The notes: generated from the letters alone by a model not told the origin. A stretch of 64,000 nt of DNA from Rhodothermales bacterium (GCA_012271205.1 JAAXGT010000180.1:505-64504), one strand, 5' to 3'; numbered from the stretch's first letter, positions 17,103 to 27,783 are shown. A program made the numbers and translations.

Positions 17103-17547
17103 TTCCTGCTCCGGCCAGATAGCGATCTTCCAGTCGCTGCATTTGGTGCCGACCGGCATCGGTAGCATCGTCATAGCCGATCAGGTGAAGCACCCCGTGC
17201 GCTACGTAGCGGCAGACCTCTTGGATGAACGTGGCTCCGAATTCGGTGCAATGGTCGTACGCGAAGTCCAGATTGACAAAGATCTCACCTCCTATGGCCT
17301 TTTCCGGGCCTAGCGGAAAGCTCAAGACATCAGTGTCGTAGTCGCTGTCTCGCCACCGCTTATTGAGTGCCTGCATGGCGGCACGCTCAATCAGCACGAT
17401 GCCGAGCAGGTCTGGATTACGGCGTTCGCCTTCAAGTACGTATTCAACCACACGCCTGAGCAGAGTCTCGTCCACACTTAGCCGCGAATGGGCCTGATCA
17501 ATGGTGATGCGGGGCTCCGCCTTGCACGCGTCCTCAGGAAATATCAC
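17074..17547 (-). CDS. ybeY: rRNA maturation endoribonuclease YbeY
   Basis: 'HGVLHLIGYDD' zinc-binding motif; 157 aa. Confidence 0.85.
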   Translation of the reverse strand: MIFPEDACKAEPRITIDQAHSRLSVDETLLRRVVEYVLEGERRNPDLLGIVLIERAAMQALNKRWRDSDYDTDVLSFPLGPEKAIGGEIFVNLDFAYDHCTEFGATFIQEVCRYVAHGVLHLIGYDDATDAGRHQMQRLEDRYLAGAGIIKAAAAAP

Positions 17548-17989
17548 TGAAGATCGTTTCGGTCATGGAGAGCGCGACCGTGCTCATGATAAGTTCCGGT
17601 GACAACTCTTCAAAGTTACAGGACAGGAGGCGGTCGTCAAAATTGGCGTAAAGCGAGCAGCCAGCCAGCCGTTCTACAACAAGTCCATTAGTGATACCGC
17701 CACGTCGCGCAAAAAAGATTACTTCGCCCAGTTCCATACTTTCGATAAAGCCCGTACATCCCTGCAGTTGCAGTACCGCATTTGACGTCATGACGGTCAC
17801 CAATTGATCGGGGATGGCCCGCTCGATTTGCTTCGGGAACTGGAGTTTGGACACGATTTCCAAAATCAGTTTTCGCTGGCTTTCCGAGTCGAAAAGCTTA
17901 TATCGCACCGTGCGGTCCATATACTCCGGTGTCACACCCAAGACCTCGGCGATGCGCTGAAAGTCGCTATCCTGAAATTTGAAACTCAT
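17534..17989 (-). CDS. Hypothetical protein upstream of ybeY
   Basis: 151-aa ORF overlapping the ybeY start by 14 nt. No recognisable motif. Confidence 0.4.
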   Translation of the reverse strand: MSFKFQDSDFQRIAEVLGVTPEYMDRTVRYKLFDSESQRKLILEIVSKLQFPKQIERAIPDQLVTVMTSNAVLQLQGCTGFIESMELGEVIFFARRGGITNGLVVERLAGCSLYANFDDRLLSCNFEELSPELIMSTVALSMTETIFSDIS

Positions 17990-18039
17990 GGGGAGGTTTG
18001 CACGAAGGCAAAATTAATGTCCGGGAAAGCAACGCGCTA

Positions 18040-20991
18040 CTACTGAAGAGGCGGCCCGGAATCAGTTGTATCATATGCAACTGTATCCATGATTTCGCCA
18101 TTTTCATTGGCTGCATTTCCTGTGTCCGGATCCGGAGAGTCGGAGAGCGGAATGCCTTCAATCATTTGGCGAAACTCCTCCGGGCTTATGTAGCTGGGAT
18201 CGTCCAGAATTGCGCGCCGCTGGTTATCAAAGGCGGCCGCTGCTTCAAAGTCGCGCGACTGCAGATAGCTCTGGAGTATACGGTGTGCAAACTCCATGAG
18301 ATAATCCATTTCTCTCTGGGAGCTGGCACGGGCCAACCGATGCAATACGAGCGGCTCCGCCTCCTTCAGAATCTCTACGACCCGATCCGCTTCTCCGGCA
18401 ATCTGGTAAGCTTGGGAGGTGAACATGAATGAACTCACGTCACCCGGGAACGTGCTGAATGGAATCTCTTCCATGATCGAATCCATGAGTGCCAGTCCTT
18501 TTTCACGCTCTCCGTTCTGGATAAGCGCAATGGCGGTCTGGCCAAACACGTTGCGATAATTGTCCACCATATTCCGGATGTTGGCGTCATAGTAGACTTT
18601 AGGATTGTTCAAGTTGGTGAACTTAAAGGCCTTGAGTCGCTCGGGAGACACTTGGGGATCGACGCGCCCAAGCGTTTGGTTGTGCCGTTTCGGGACTACG
18701 CGATTGGCTTGCCCTTCCAATTGGAAGAAATTCTGGAGATCAAGGCGTCCGTCCGGTGCCACCGTCACCGCAAAATAGATCGGTCGTTTCCACCCCTGCA
18801 CGGCGTTGGTCTGCAGGATATCCAGCGCTGCCAGGTCGGCTCCGTATAGGATGCTGATTTCTTCGCCGGTTTCGGGGTGGGTGGTGTAGGGGCGGCCGAT
18901 CAACTCCCACTGCATGATACTGTCAAAAGCAGCGATATCACTTTGGCCTGCAAAGACCTCAGAGTCCTGCATGATGCTGGCCTTGTCCACCGGCAGCGCA
19001 ATGGTCTGCGGCCGCCATAAGCGAGGCTCAAGGCCTTGGATATCCGCTTCGGACAGACTGATTGGTAGTGGGGGGGACTCGCGGGAATATTGGTTCTTAA
19101 GTTGTCGTACGTACCAGGGCGTGTTGAGCAGCGACAAATTGGCCACACGTACATCACGCCTAATGCCCTCCACTTCCTGAGCGTACCAGAGCGGGAACGT
19201 GTCATTGTCCCCGTTGGTGAAGACTATAGCGTCCGGTGCCAGGCTCATGAGCATGTTGTGTGCATATTCCGGTGCGATGTAACGCCCGGAGCGATCGTGA
19301 TCATTATAATTCTCGAGGGCCATCCAGCCCGGCACACAGGCAAACACTACGCCCCCCAAAAGCCAAAGACCCCCTGACTTGATTTTGGTCCCGGCTCGGT
19401 GCAATGCGTCGCTAACCAGCTGCAAAAGGCCCGTAGTGCCTATCCCTATCCAAAGACTGAAGGCAAAAAAGCTGGCCACATACGAATAGTCCCTCTCACG
19501 TGGCTGCATGGGTGTCTGATTGAGGTAGATGATGATGCCGAGGCCCGTGACCAGAAAAAGCACCAGCACGCTGAAGGCCCTTCGCCAGTCGCGGCCGAAG
19601 TGGTACATCATGCCGAAGAGCCCTAACAGGAGCGGCAACGCAAAATATTTGTTGCGACTGGCTCGCTCACTGGGCGTCTGCAACAGGGTTTCGTATGGCC
19701 CTTCCATAAATGACAAGCCCGTAATAGCCCGTGCGTCTTGGATATCGCTTTCGCGGCCAGAGAAATTCCAAAGGAAGTAGCGTACGTACATGTGGCCGAC
19801 CTGGTACTTCCAAAAGAATTCCCAGTCGGAGTCATACCGGGCGTAGTACCGCACATGTTGAGGGGACGGGGAATGACGCCGGGGAAAGTTTTTTATGTTA
19901 TTGTCATCGTACTGCTTGGTGCGATCATTGAAGTTGGCCCCCTTAAGAAGTGGCGTATCGCCGTACTGTTCCCGTTTCAGGTACGAAACGATTGCCGCCG
20001 GCGTCTCGGGATCATTCTCGTCAATGGGCGGATCTGCCGCGCTGCGGATAAAAATTACCGCGTAACTCGAATAGCCCATGAGAACCATGAGCAGGCTGAG
20101 TGCTGCCAGATTCGGTACTTGCATGCCGCGCACCTGCGTCACCCAGACCAAGAGGATGCTGAGGAGCACAACGACAAACAGTGTCATTAGCGGCGTGCCA
20201 GTTCTACCCGCCCAGTCTGGCAGCTTCTGGACAATACCGGGATAAACGACGCCAAAGGCCATTGCCGCGATGAGCAACGCAAGTATGATTCCACCCCATC
20301 GCCTGGGTGATTTCCAATCTGCCTGACCGGGTTTGGACCACTCTGGGCGGTCATACTCGGTGAAAAAGAAAATGAGCGCAATGAAGAAGAGCGACAACAG
20401 GCTGAGCAGATGCACGCCGATCGCCAGCCCGAACAGGTAGGCCACGAGTACCAGATAGCGGTTGGCACCCAGTCCGAAGCGATCGTGTGTCTGTGCGAGT
20501 TCCTGTCGCGCCCGCCCGCTCCAGCGCATGATGAGCCATATAACCAGCGCTGTGAACAGCATGGACATCGCGTATACTTCCGCCTCCACTGCATTAAACC
20601 AGAACGAGTCTGTCACAGTAAATGTGCAGGCCCCTACAATGCCACCCCACGTGGCCAAAATGCGTTCGCGGGGCGAATCCTGAAGAAACTCACGTACCAG
20701 CCGCACGATGATCCAGTAGGTTAGCAGCACTGTAAATGCGCTGCTAAGCACCGAAACCATGTTCACCGACAGCGAAATGAGCCCCTGCGGCACAAACATG
20801 GAAAACAGCCGCCCCACCAGCATGTAGAATGGAGCGCCGGGCGGATGTGATACCTGAAGCCCGTGAGCAATGGCAATGAATTCACCAGCGTCCCAAAAAC
20901 TTGCCGTCGGAGCGACAGTGAGTACATACAGAATCAGCGCATAGCCAAACACGCCTATGGAGATGATTCGGTTGATGCGTATCCAGCTCAT
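18040..20991 (-). CDS. DUF2723 family polytopic membrane protein (glycosyl/mannosyltransferase-like) with C-terminal TPR-like region
   Basis: 'YVLTVAPTASFWDAGEFIA' is the DUF2723 N-terminal signature. Start re-set to ATG 20991 (MSWIRINR...), because the ORF-track start 21369 would run through the divergent lptF/G-like gene. Confidence 0.7.
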   Translation of the reverse strand: MSWIRINRIISIGVFGYALILYVLTVAPTASFWDAGEFIAIAHGLQVSHPPGAPFYMLVGRLFSMFVPQGLISLSVNMVSVLSSAFTVLLTYWIIVRLVREFLQDSPRERILATWGGIVGACTFTVTDSFWFNAVEAEVYAMSMLFTALVIWLIMRWSGRARQELAQTHDRFGLGANRYLVLVAYLFGLAIGVHLLSLLSLFFIALIFFFTEYDRPEWSKPGQADWKSPRRWGGIILALLIAAMAFGVVYPGIVQKLPDWAGRTGTPLMTLFVVVLLSILLVWVTQVRGMQVPNLAALSLLMVLMGYSSYAVIFIRSAADPPIDENDPETPAAIVSYLKREQYGDTPLLKGANFNDRTKQYDDNNIKNFPRRHSPSPQHVRYYARYDSDWEFFWKYQVGHMYVRYFLWNFSGRESDIQDARAITGLSFMEGPYETLLQTPSERASRNKYFALPLLLGLFGMMYHFGRDWRRAFSVLVLFLVTGLGIIIYLNQTPMQPRERDYSYVASFFAFSLWIGIGTTGLLQLVSDALHRAGTKIKSGGLWLLGGVVFACVPGWMALENYNDHDRSGRYIAPEYAHNMLMSLAPDAIVFTNGDNDTFPLWYAQEVEGIRRDVRVANLSLLNTPWYVRQLKNQYSRESPPLPISLSEADIQGLEPRLWRPQTIALPVDKASIMQDSEVFAGQSDIAAFDSIMQWELIGRPYTTHPETGEEISILYGADLAALDILQTNAVQGWKRPIYFAVTVAPDGRLDLQNFFQLEGQANRVVPKRHNQTLGRVDPQVSPERLKAFKFTNLNNPKVYYDANIRNMVDNYRNVFGQTAIALIQNGEREKGLALMDSIMEEIPFSTFPGDVSSFMFTSQAYQIAGEADRVVEILKEAEPLVLHRLARASSQREMDYLMEFAHRILQSYLQSRDFEAAAAFDNQRRAILDDPSYISPEEFRQMIEGIPLSDSPDPDTGNAANENGEIMDTVAYDTTDSGPPLQ

Positions 20992-21075
20992 AAGCAAGTG
21001 GTGGGCTTCAAGCAGAAAGTTGTAATAATAAGGGTGTAACTCTTGCAGGAATGCCGGGTTGCTTTCACGCGTGCC

Positions 21076-22494
21076 ATGAGACTTGTCCACCTTCTGATAC
21101 TGCGCCTTTTGCCCGGGCCATTTTTGGGGTGGCTCGCAACGCTCCTCTTTCTGTTGCTGATGCAGTTTCTGATCAAGTTCCTGCCCGATTTGGCCGGGCG
21201 TGACCTGCCGTTGGGCTTGGTCTTGGAGCTTGTCGTGTACAATCTGGCCTACATGGTAGTTTTGGCTGTCCCTATGTCTGTGCTTTTGGCTGCTCTGATG
21301 GCGTTTGGGACGCTTGCACAATCTCGCACGTGGGTAGTTATCAAGAACTGCGGCATCTCCCTGTGGCAACTGATCTGGCCAGTCTTGGTGGCGGGGGCAG
21401 TTCTAACCAGCGGCATGGTTTATTTCAACAATGTGGTACTTCCCGAATCCAACTTCAGAGCACGCAATATCTGGGTGGACATTCGAAGCAAGCGTCCGGG
21501 GTTCGAGTTGCAGCCTGGAATCTTTTACGAGGGGCTTAGCGACTACAGCATTCTAATTCGAGAGCGCAGGGGCAACGACCTGAAAGATATACTCATTTAT
21601 GATTACACAGAGGCCGGCCAAAGCGGCACCACAATCCGGGCAGACAGTGGCCTGCTGGTCCCCTTTGGAAGCACGGTGAGCCTGCTTATGTGGGACGGTG
21701 AAATCCACCGTTTGAAAAACAGCGGATTGGGCCAGGACAGCGAACGTTACGAGAGGATGGCCTTTGGTCGCTTCCATCTGCGGCTGGACTTGTCCGAGTT
21801 TGACTTTGAGCGGCGCAGCCCGGCGGACGGCTTCCGATCGGATCGCTCCACACCAACGCGCGCGATGATCCGTTTCGTGGATTCTCTGAAGGCAGGTATT
21901 TCTCAAAAGCGTCTGGACTTGCGCGCTTCTGCGCCGTCGCTTACTTCGAGCCTGGATGGACCACGCCCCCTTCAGACGCTTGAAGGGGCAAACGCACGGC
22001 TCCGGTGGAATACGGCCTCAGGAGAGCCGGCCAGGTCTGCACGAATGGCCGTTAGGGGACTCAATCGCACGCAGTTGGGGCGCATATATGATTGGGCACA
22101 GGATCATGCACGTATGGCCCGTAGCGATGTAACCAGGCTTCAGCGGGAAATCGAGCGTGAACATACTCTCATGAGTCGTTACCAAGTCGAAATCCACAAG
22201 AAGTATTCGATTGCCGTGGCCTGTATCATTTTCGTGTTGATCGGTGCGCCGCTGGGGCTTAGCATCCGGCGTGGTGGCTTGGGAACGGCTGGCGGCGTTG
22301 CACTGGCAGCGTTTATGTTCTACTGGATAACGCTTGTGCAAGGCGAAAAGCTTGCCGATCGTGATTTGCTAAGCCCGTGGGTCGGGATGTGGACGGCCAA
22401 CATTTTGATGGGTCTATTCGGAATCGGCCTCTTTATCTATTTGGCGCTGGATTTGCGCGCCACGCCGCCACTGTGGGCTCGTCGGCGCCGGTAG
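21076..22494 (+). CDS. LptF/LptG (YjgP/YjgQ) family permease
   Basis: N-terminal 'LLILRLLPGPFLGWLATLLFLLLMQFL', a periplasmic middle domain and C-terminal TM helices. ATG 21076 preferred over TTG 21043. Confidence 0.7.
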   Translation: MRLVHLLILRLLPGPFLGWLATLLFLLLMQFLIKFLPDLAGRDLPLGLVLELVVYNLAYMVVLAVPMSVLLAALMAFGTLAQSRTWVVIKNCGISLWQLIWPVLVAGAVLTSGMVYFNNVVLPESNFRARNIWVDIRSKRPGFELQPGIFYEGLSDYSILIRERRGNDLKDILIYDYTEAGQSGTTIRADSGLLVPFGSTVSLLMWDGEIHRLKNSGLGQDSERYERMAFGRFHLRLDLSEFDFERRSPADGFRSDRSTPTRAMIRFVDSLKAGISQKRLDLRASAPSLTSSLDGPRPLQTLEGANARLRWNTASGEPARSARMAVRGLNRTQLGRIYDWAQDHARMARSDVTRLQREIEREHTLMSRYQVEIHKKYSIAVACIIFVLIGAPLGLSIRRGGLGTAGGVALAAFMFYWITLVQGEKLADRDLLSPWVGMWTANILMGLFGIGLFIYLALDLRATPPLWARRRR

Positions 22495-22498
22495 GCCC

Positions 22499-23167
22499 AT
22501 GTTGTATCTTGTCCCCACGCCCATCGGCAACCTAGCAGACATTACCCTTCGTGCCTTGGAGGTGCTTAGGAGCGTAGACCTTATTGCCTGCGAGGATACC
22601 CGCCACTCACGCGTTCTGCTCACACATTACGGTATTAAGAAGCCAACGATAAGCTATCACAACTACAACGAGCGCACGCGAACCGCGCAGCTCATAGATC
22701 GAATGCACGCTGGCGAGCGTGTCGCGCTCATTACAGATGCGGGCGCTCCAGGACTGAGCGATCCCGGGTTTTTCCTGGTTCGGCAGTGCCACGCGGATGG
22801 TATACCAGTGGAGGCCCTACCAGGGCCAACGGCACTCATCCCCGCACTCACAGCCAGTGGGCTGCCGTGTGATCGTTTCGTGTTTGAGGGGTTTCTTCCG
22901 GCACGCAAAGGGCGCCGAAAGCGGCTGGTGCAGCTGTCAGCTGAGACGCGCACGCTCGTCTTTTATGAAGGGCCGCATCGATTGGCACGTACACTTGCGG
23001 ATCTTGCACAGACACTTGGTGGAGGGCGCCCTGCCGCAGTGGCCCGGGAGCTTACAAAGAAATTTGAGGAAATGCGGGGCGGTACACTTGAAGAACTGGC
23101 AACACATTATGCCAGTCAGGCAAGCGTGCGAGGCGAGGCCGTTATCATTGTGGGCCCTGCATCCTGA
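22499..23167 (+). CDS. rsmI: 16S rRNA (cytidine1402-2'-O)-methyltransferase
   Basis: 'LYLVPTPIGNLADITLRALEVL...IACEDTRHS' is the canonical RsmI N-terminus. Confidence 0.9.
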   Translation: MLYLVPTPIGNLADITLRALEVLRSVDLIACEDTRHSRVLLTHYGIKKPTISYHNYNERTRTAQLIDRMHAGERVALITDAGAPGLSDPGFFLVRQCHADGIPVEALPGPTALIPALTASGLPCDRFVFEGFLPARKGRRKRLVQLSAETRTLVFYEGPHRLARTLADLAQTLGGGRPAAVARELTKKFEEMRGGTLEELATHYASQASVRGEAVIIVGPAS

Positions 23168-23179
23168 CTTTCAACTTTT

Positions 23180-23815
23180 ATGACCACCGTAAAGACTTTT
23201 ACCTTCAACCCGTATCAAACCAATTGCTACGTGTGTCACAGTAGCGGCGAAGCCGTCATTGTGGATGCAAGTTGTATGGATGAAGCGGAAGAGGAGTTGC
23301 TCGTGGAGTATATCCGGGAGCGCAACCTGACCGTGCGACACTTACTCCTTACACACGCGCATTTCGACCACATCTTTGGATGTGCATCGCTATCCGAACG
23401 CTTCAACCTGACTTGGTCGGCACATAAGGGCAGCCTGCCCTGGTTGAAAAACGCAGCTTTGCAGACTGGCGTATTCGGTGCCCCACGTGTGCGGCCGTTC
23501 ATGCCAGGCATCTGGCTGCAGGAAGGCGATGAAGTGCGGTTCGGGACGAGCACTTGGTCGGTTCTGGAAACTCCAGGCCATGCCGATGGCTCTATCTCGT
23601 TCGCGGATGGGGCAAATGCGTTTGTTTTGGTCGGGGACGTGCTCTTTCAGCACTCCATTGGACGTGTGGACCTACCTGGCGGCAGCCTGCCCGTCATCAT
23701 GTCCACCATTTTCCAAAAGTTGCTCACGATGCCCGACAATACACTGATCTATTCCGGGCACGGCCCCGCAACCACCGTTGGCCACGAACGCGCATTTAAC
23801 CCTTATTTGCAATAG
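23180..23815 (+). CDS. MBL-fold metallo-hydrolase (glyoxalase II-like)
   Basis: 'LLLTHAHFDHIFG' HxHxDH motif and 'TPGHADGS'. Confidence 0.85.
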   Translation: MTTVKTFTFNPYQTNCYVCHSSGEAVIVDASCMDEAEEELLVEYIRERNLTVRHLLLTHAHFDHIFGCASLSERFNLTWSAHKGSLPWLKNAALQTGVFGAPRVRPFMPGIWLQEGDEVRFGTSTWSVLETPGHADGSISFADGANAFVLVGDVLFQHSIGRVDLPGGSLPVIMSTIFQKLLTMPDNTLIYSGHGPATTVGHERAFNPYLQ

Positions 23816-24162
23816 GGCCTGCTTAGCCAGGTTTCCGTGCGCCGTGGAAAGGTACTTCTTCTTGGTGGGTGCGAATCCCGTTCAATAACGGTCGTTCCAG
23901 TTGGTAGCGGCCAGACGGTTCATGGAGACAACGAAATGGGTGGAAGCATTTTGGTAAAGGATGGCCGAGTGTCTCGTCTCAGAAATAGCCATACATAATC
24001 TTTGGATCTTCAAAGACTATATCTGACTATATCCGGGACACAATAGTGGCTGGGGTCTTCCAATGAAACTTGGTACATGACTTCATAGGGAGTGGTATAA
24101 GGGTTATGTTGAAGATGCGAAGCTTGCCTCATAAATCAGGTTTTCCTTAGGTAGCCCTCAAT

Positions 24163-26856
24163 ATGCGGTGCATTGTTCAGTTGGATATTGGGCCGTTGCG
24201 TGTGGAGATGGTCTCAAGGTGGCTTGCCCTGAATGTGGCTCTCACACTTGTGGCGTGCACTGCCGCGGCTCAGGTCGATTCGGTGCGCGTGGATGCGAAT
24301 GATGCCCCGCTAGGCGAGGTGCTCAACGGGTTTGCTGCAGCGCATCGGATAGATGTCGTTTATTCCGACAGGCAAGTAAGTGCGCGTCGAGTGACGTGTA
24401 TGTACACCGGTACAGAGGTGGACGCAGCACTTGCATGTATACTGGCTGGACAGGATCTCGTCGCACGACGCATCCGGCGGCGGCAGTACGTTTTGTCTCG
24501 CGTGGCCGGTTCCGACCAAGGGACGGCGTCCAGTGCAATGCGCGGCCTACTGAGGGGCATCGTGACGGATGCCGTAAGCGGAGAAGTGCTTCCGGATGCC
24601 CATATCTTTCTGTCGCAATTTGCAGTCGGTACGGTTACGAACGAAGCAGGCTATTTTGCATTGCCCTCATTGCCCACAGAGTCTTTCCGGTTGCGAGTGT
24701 CGTTTTTGGGATATGGAGTGGCCGATACCGTAATTGCAGCCAACGGTGACCTCCACGCCATTAGTTTGCATCCGGCTTCGGTTGAGGCCGGCGAAGTTAT
24801 TGTACAATCCGAGCGACAGGAGGCCGCGCCTGTTGACCCCGGAGCTCTGCAAGTGCCAGTCAATGAGATTCAGGGTCTGCCGGGTCTGCCGGGTGAGGCG
24901 GATCTCTTACAGGCGCTCCGGTGGCTACCCAGCATTCAGAAAGTCGGGGCAGGAGAGGGCGGTCTGATCGTGCGGGGAGGGCAGCCGGACCAGAACCTGT
25001 ATCTGATTGACGGAGCGCCGATCTACCACGCCTGGCATGCCTTCAATCTGCTGTCTGTATTTCAAACGGAGGCGTTTAAAAACATCAATCTATACCAAGG
25101 CACGTTTCCGGCAGAGCACGGTGGTCGTCTGTCCGCGGTATTGGATGTGGAGCTTAAGGATGGCAGCCAGGAAAAATTGCGGGCGCTGGCGGCTGTTGGT
25201 TTTCTCAGTGGGCGGTTCGTATTCGAAACACCATTGGCTCGCAACCTGTCCGCAATGGTTTCCGGTCGGAGGTCCTTCATTGATCAGATCCTGGGCACCG
25301 TGCATCCGGTCAGTAATGGAGCCGTGCGCGACACTATGCGCACAGGCCTGTACCTCTATGATTTAAATGGCAAAATTACTTGGCGGCCGTCTGCGCGGCA
25401 CCGCCTTTCCTTAAGTGCCTACGGAGGCAGGGATGTGTTTGACATCCGACTGCCTTTCGATTTGGCCCTCCGGTTCCGGACATCGCTGGATGTGAGCAGT
25501 TGGCTGCGCCCGTCCAGCCTGTTCTTTGAGGTGGATACTCGCTGGAGCAACCGGCTGCTCAGTGCCCGCTACCAGTATCAGTATCGAGATCGTCTGTTTG
25601 TGACCGCAACTGGCTATATGTCTGGCTACAGTGCCCGGGAGCGCTTCTATATTCGCCCGGTGGCCACGTCTTCGGTATCGTCACAGTACCGCGTCAGCAT
25701 TCAAGATTTAGGCCTCAAGGTGGATGTGGACTATTATCTGTTCCTTACACATCAGATGCGGATGGGCATCCGACTTGTTCAGCGTGATTTTTTCAGCGAC
25801 CTGGAAGCGCTCATCCTGCGCACCCAGACCTCCTCTGATCGGAGTCAAGAAGAAAGCCGCCTAAACGCACTCGAGTTCGTCGCGTATGTTCAGGATACGT
25901 GGCAACCAACCCGTCGTCTGAAAGCGCAGCCCGGTCTCCGTTTCAGCATGCTCCAGCGGGGAACCGGCATGCGGTTGAGTCCGCGATTGGGCTTGCGGTA
26001 CGCGCTCGATGACGTGGTGCTGCGAGGTGCATTCGGTGTAAACGTCCAATACATGCACCGAATCCGTGATCGTTATTCGTACTTGTACGACTTGGTGTCG
26101 TATCGTTGGGTGCCGGCGAGCCGGTCAGTTGATCCTTCCTCCAGCCTTCATGCATCTGTCGGTGCCGTGCACAGCCCGCAGCCTTCACTCAACCTGAGTC
26201 TGGACACGTATGTGCATGTAACACGCGGGCTGCTCTTGCCAAGAGATGAGTATCAGACCAAAGACGGACTGGAAGGACCGGGCATCGGCTTGGGGGCACT
26301 GCTGGGCCAGTATACCAGCGGTCGTGCGCTGGCCTATGGCTTGGAAGCCAATGTGCGGTGGGAGCGCGGGCTGCATGCTGCATGGATCAGTTATGCCGCG
26401 GGGCGATCCCGGAGCCGGGCCCCTGAGCTCGACGAGCCCCGATTCCGTCCCACCCGGTTTGACGCACCGCAACGGTTGCGGTTAGCTGTGCAGCGGGAGA
26501 CGCTGCGCTGGACATTCGGGCTCAGTGGCTTTTGGCGCAGTGGCTACCCGATCACGATCCCCGTTGCCCGCTACGCCGTTGGCGATCCACTTGATGAAGA
26601 GCCGACGCGCTTTTTGTATTTCCCGAACATCAATAATGGACGTCTTCCGCCGTATCTGCGATTCGGCGGGCTGGTCGCCTATAGGTTTGCGGTGGGTCAA
26701 ACACAGATTCGGGTGCAGGGGCAGTTGTACAATCTGACGCTTAGGCGAAACGTGGTTGATCGTTTCTACGATCCAAGTGGTGTGGAGTCGGTTATGGTTC
26801 AATCCAGACGCGGTCTCCCGGCTATACCTCTTTTCGAAATCGTGGCCACCTACTAG
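24163..26856 (+). CDS. TonB-dependent receptor with N-terminal STN (secretin/TonB short N-terminal) and CarboxypepD_reg domains
   Basis: 'LGEVLNGFAAAHRIDVVYSD' is STN-like and 'LRGIVTDAVSGEVLPDAHIF...NEAGYFAL' is CarboxypepD_reg-like, followed by plug and barrel. The likely real start is the signal peptide 'MVSRWLALNVALTLVAC' (24208). Confidence 0.8.
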   Translation: MRCIVQLDIGPLRVEMVSRWLALNVALTLVACTAAAQVDSVRVDANDAPLGEVLNGFAAAHRIDVVYSDRQVSARRVTCMYTGTEVDAALACILAGQDLVARRIRRRQYVLSRVAGSDQGTASSAMRGLLRGIVTDAVSGEVLPDAHIFLSQFAVGTVTNEAGYFALPSLPTESFRLRVSFLGYGVADTVIAANGDLHAISLHPASVEAGEVIVQSERQEAAPVDPGALQVPVNEIQGLPGLPGEADLLQALRWLPSIQKVGAGEGGLIVRGGQPDQNLYLIDGAPIYHAWHAFNLLSVFQTEAFKNINLYQGTFPAEHGGRLSAVLDVELKDGSQEKLRALAAVGFLSGRFVFETPLARNLSAMVSGRRSFIDQILGTVHPVSNGAVRDTMRTGLYLYDLNGKITWRPSARHRLSLSAYGGRDVFDIRLPFDLALRFRTSLDVSSWLRPSSLFFEVDTRWSNRLLSARYQYQYRDRLFVTATGYMSGYSARERFYIRPVATSSVSSQYRVSIQDLGLKVDVDYYLFLTHQMRMGIRLVQRDFFSDLEALILRTQTSSDRSQEESRLNALEFVAYVQDTWQPTRRLKAQPGLRFSMLQRGTGMRLSPRLGLRYALDDVVLRGAFGVNVQYMHRIRDRYSYLYDLVSYRWVPASRSVDPSSSLHASVGAVHSPQPSLNLSLDTYVHVTRGLLLPRDEYQTKDGLEGPGIGLGALLGQYTSGRALAYGLEANVRWERGLHAAWISYAAGRSRSRAPELDEPRFRPTRFDAPQRLRLAVQRETLRWTFGLSGFWRSGYPITIPVARYAVGDPLDEEPTRFLYFPNINNGRLPPYLRFGGLVAYRFAVGQTQIRVQGQLYNLTLRRNVVDRFYDPSGVESVMVQSRRGLPAIPLFEIVATY

Positions 26857-26859
26857 CGG

Positions 26860-27765
26860 ATGGGTTTTCGACGAATTCTGATATTCCTGCTGTTTCTTCT
26901 TGGTTGTGATTCGGTTCAGCCAGAGTACACCAGCTGGCTCGTAGTGGAAGCGTTCGTTACAACAGAAGCCCCGCTTCCGGTTATACAGTTGCGCCGCACG
27001 CAGCCGTTGAGTGTGCCCTACTACCTTGACGAGAGTACAGCGGCAACCGGTGCTGAACTCTTGCTGAAACTGGGCAGCGCCGAAATACCGTACGTAATGG
27101 AGGCGCCAGGCTTGTATATGCCCGCTCAGCAAGCTAAAGCCAAAGCCGGCACACCGATTGGCCTGCACATTGCATGGAACGGGCAAAGCATTTTGGCCGA
27201 GAGTCGTATTCCGCCGACACTGGGGCTGGACAGCGTGTCGGTAGCCCGCTCTCAAACACCTGTTGCCGGTCTGATTGTGGATTCACTCTTCATTGATCCA
27301 ATACTGGTAGATTCTCTCGGGTTCGACTCGTTGCGTACCGGTGCACGCGAAGGTTTAGTCTACCTGGTTGAAGCTACCCTGCACTGGAGTGTAGCTTTCG
27401 CAGAAGTCGGACCGGACAGTGCTTGGTGGGTGCGTACACAGCTTTTACCCCAGCTCCGTGCCGGCGGACGTCTCGACGATTATTTCTTGAGGCCTGAGCA
27501 ACTGCAACGCGAGCGGCAAGTGAATGCCTTGGTACCAGGCAATCGTGCATGGTCGGGTGTGTATGCCGTACCGGTGGCTACCCAAAGTGACCCGATACCG
27601 GTGCATACGCTGCGGGTAAGCGTAATTCGCAGCTCCCGGGCCTACGCACTTTATGTATCGGGGCGCACTAATCCGAGCGAACGTGAACCACCTTCCAATG
27701 TCACCGGGGGCCTGGGCATCTTTACAGGTCTGGCGATGGACTCATTAAGCATTACGGTGCAATAA
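26860..27765 (+). CDS. DUF4249 family lipoprotein (TonB-receptor partner)
   Basis: Lipobox 'LLGC', 'LVVEAFVTTE' and a C-terminal 'SNVTGGLGIFTG' typical of DUF4249. Lies 3 nt after the receptor gene. Confidence 0.55.
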   Translation: MGFRRILIFLLFLLGCDSVQPEYTSWLVVEAFVTTEAPLPVIQLRRTQPLSVPYYLDESTAATGAELLLKLGSAEIPYVMEAPGLYMPAQQAKAKAGTPIGLHIAWNGQSILAESRIPPTLGLDSVSVARSQTPVAGLIVDSLFIDPILVDSLGFDSLRTGAREGLVYLVEATLHWSVAFAEVGPDSAWWVRTQLLPQLRAGGRLDDYFLRPEQLQRERQVNALVPGNRAWSGVYAVPVATQSDPIPVHTLRVSVIRSSRAYALYVSGRTNPSEREPPSNVTGGLGIFTGLAMDSLSITVQ

Positions 27766-27783
27766 CCGCAATACCCCGCCGCA

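Noticed and set aside
20992-21369. N-terminal 126 codons of the 1109-aa ORF 18040-21369 (basic, Gln/Lys/His-rich)
   Set aside because: This extension runs antisense through the start of the divergent lptF/G-like gene and has no membrane-protein character. The DUF2723 signature begins right after the internal ATG at 20991, so I treat the extension as an ORF-caller artefact.
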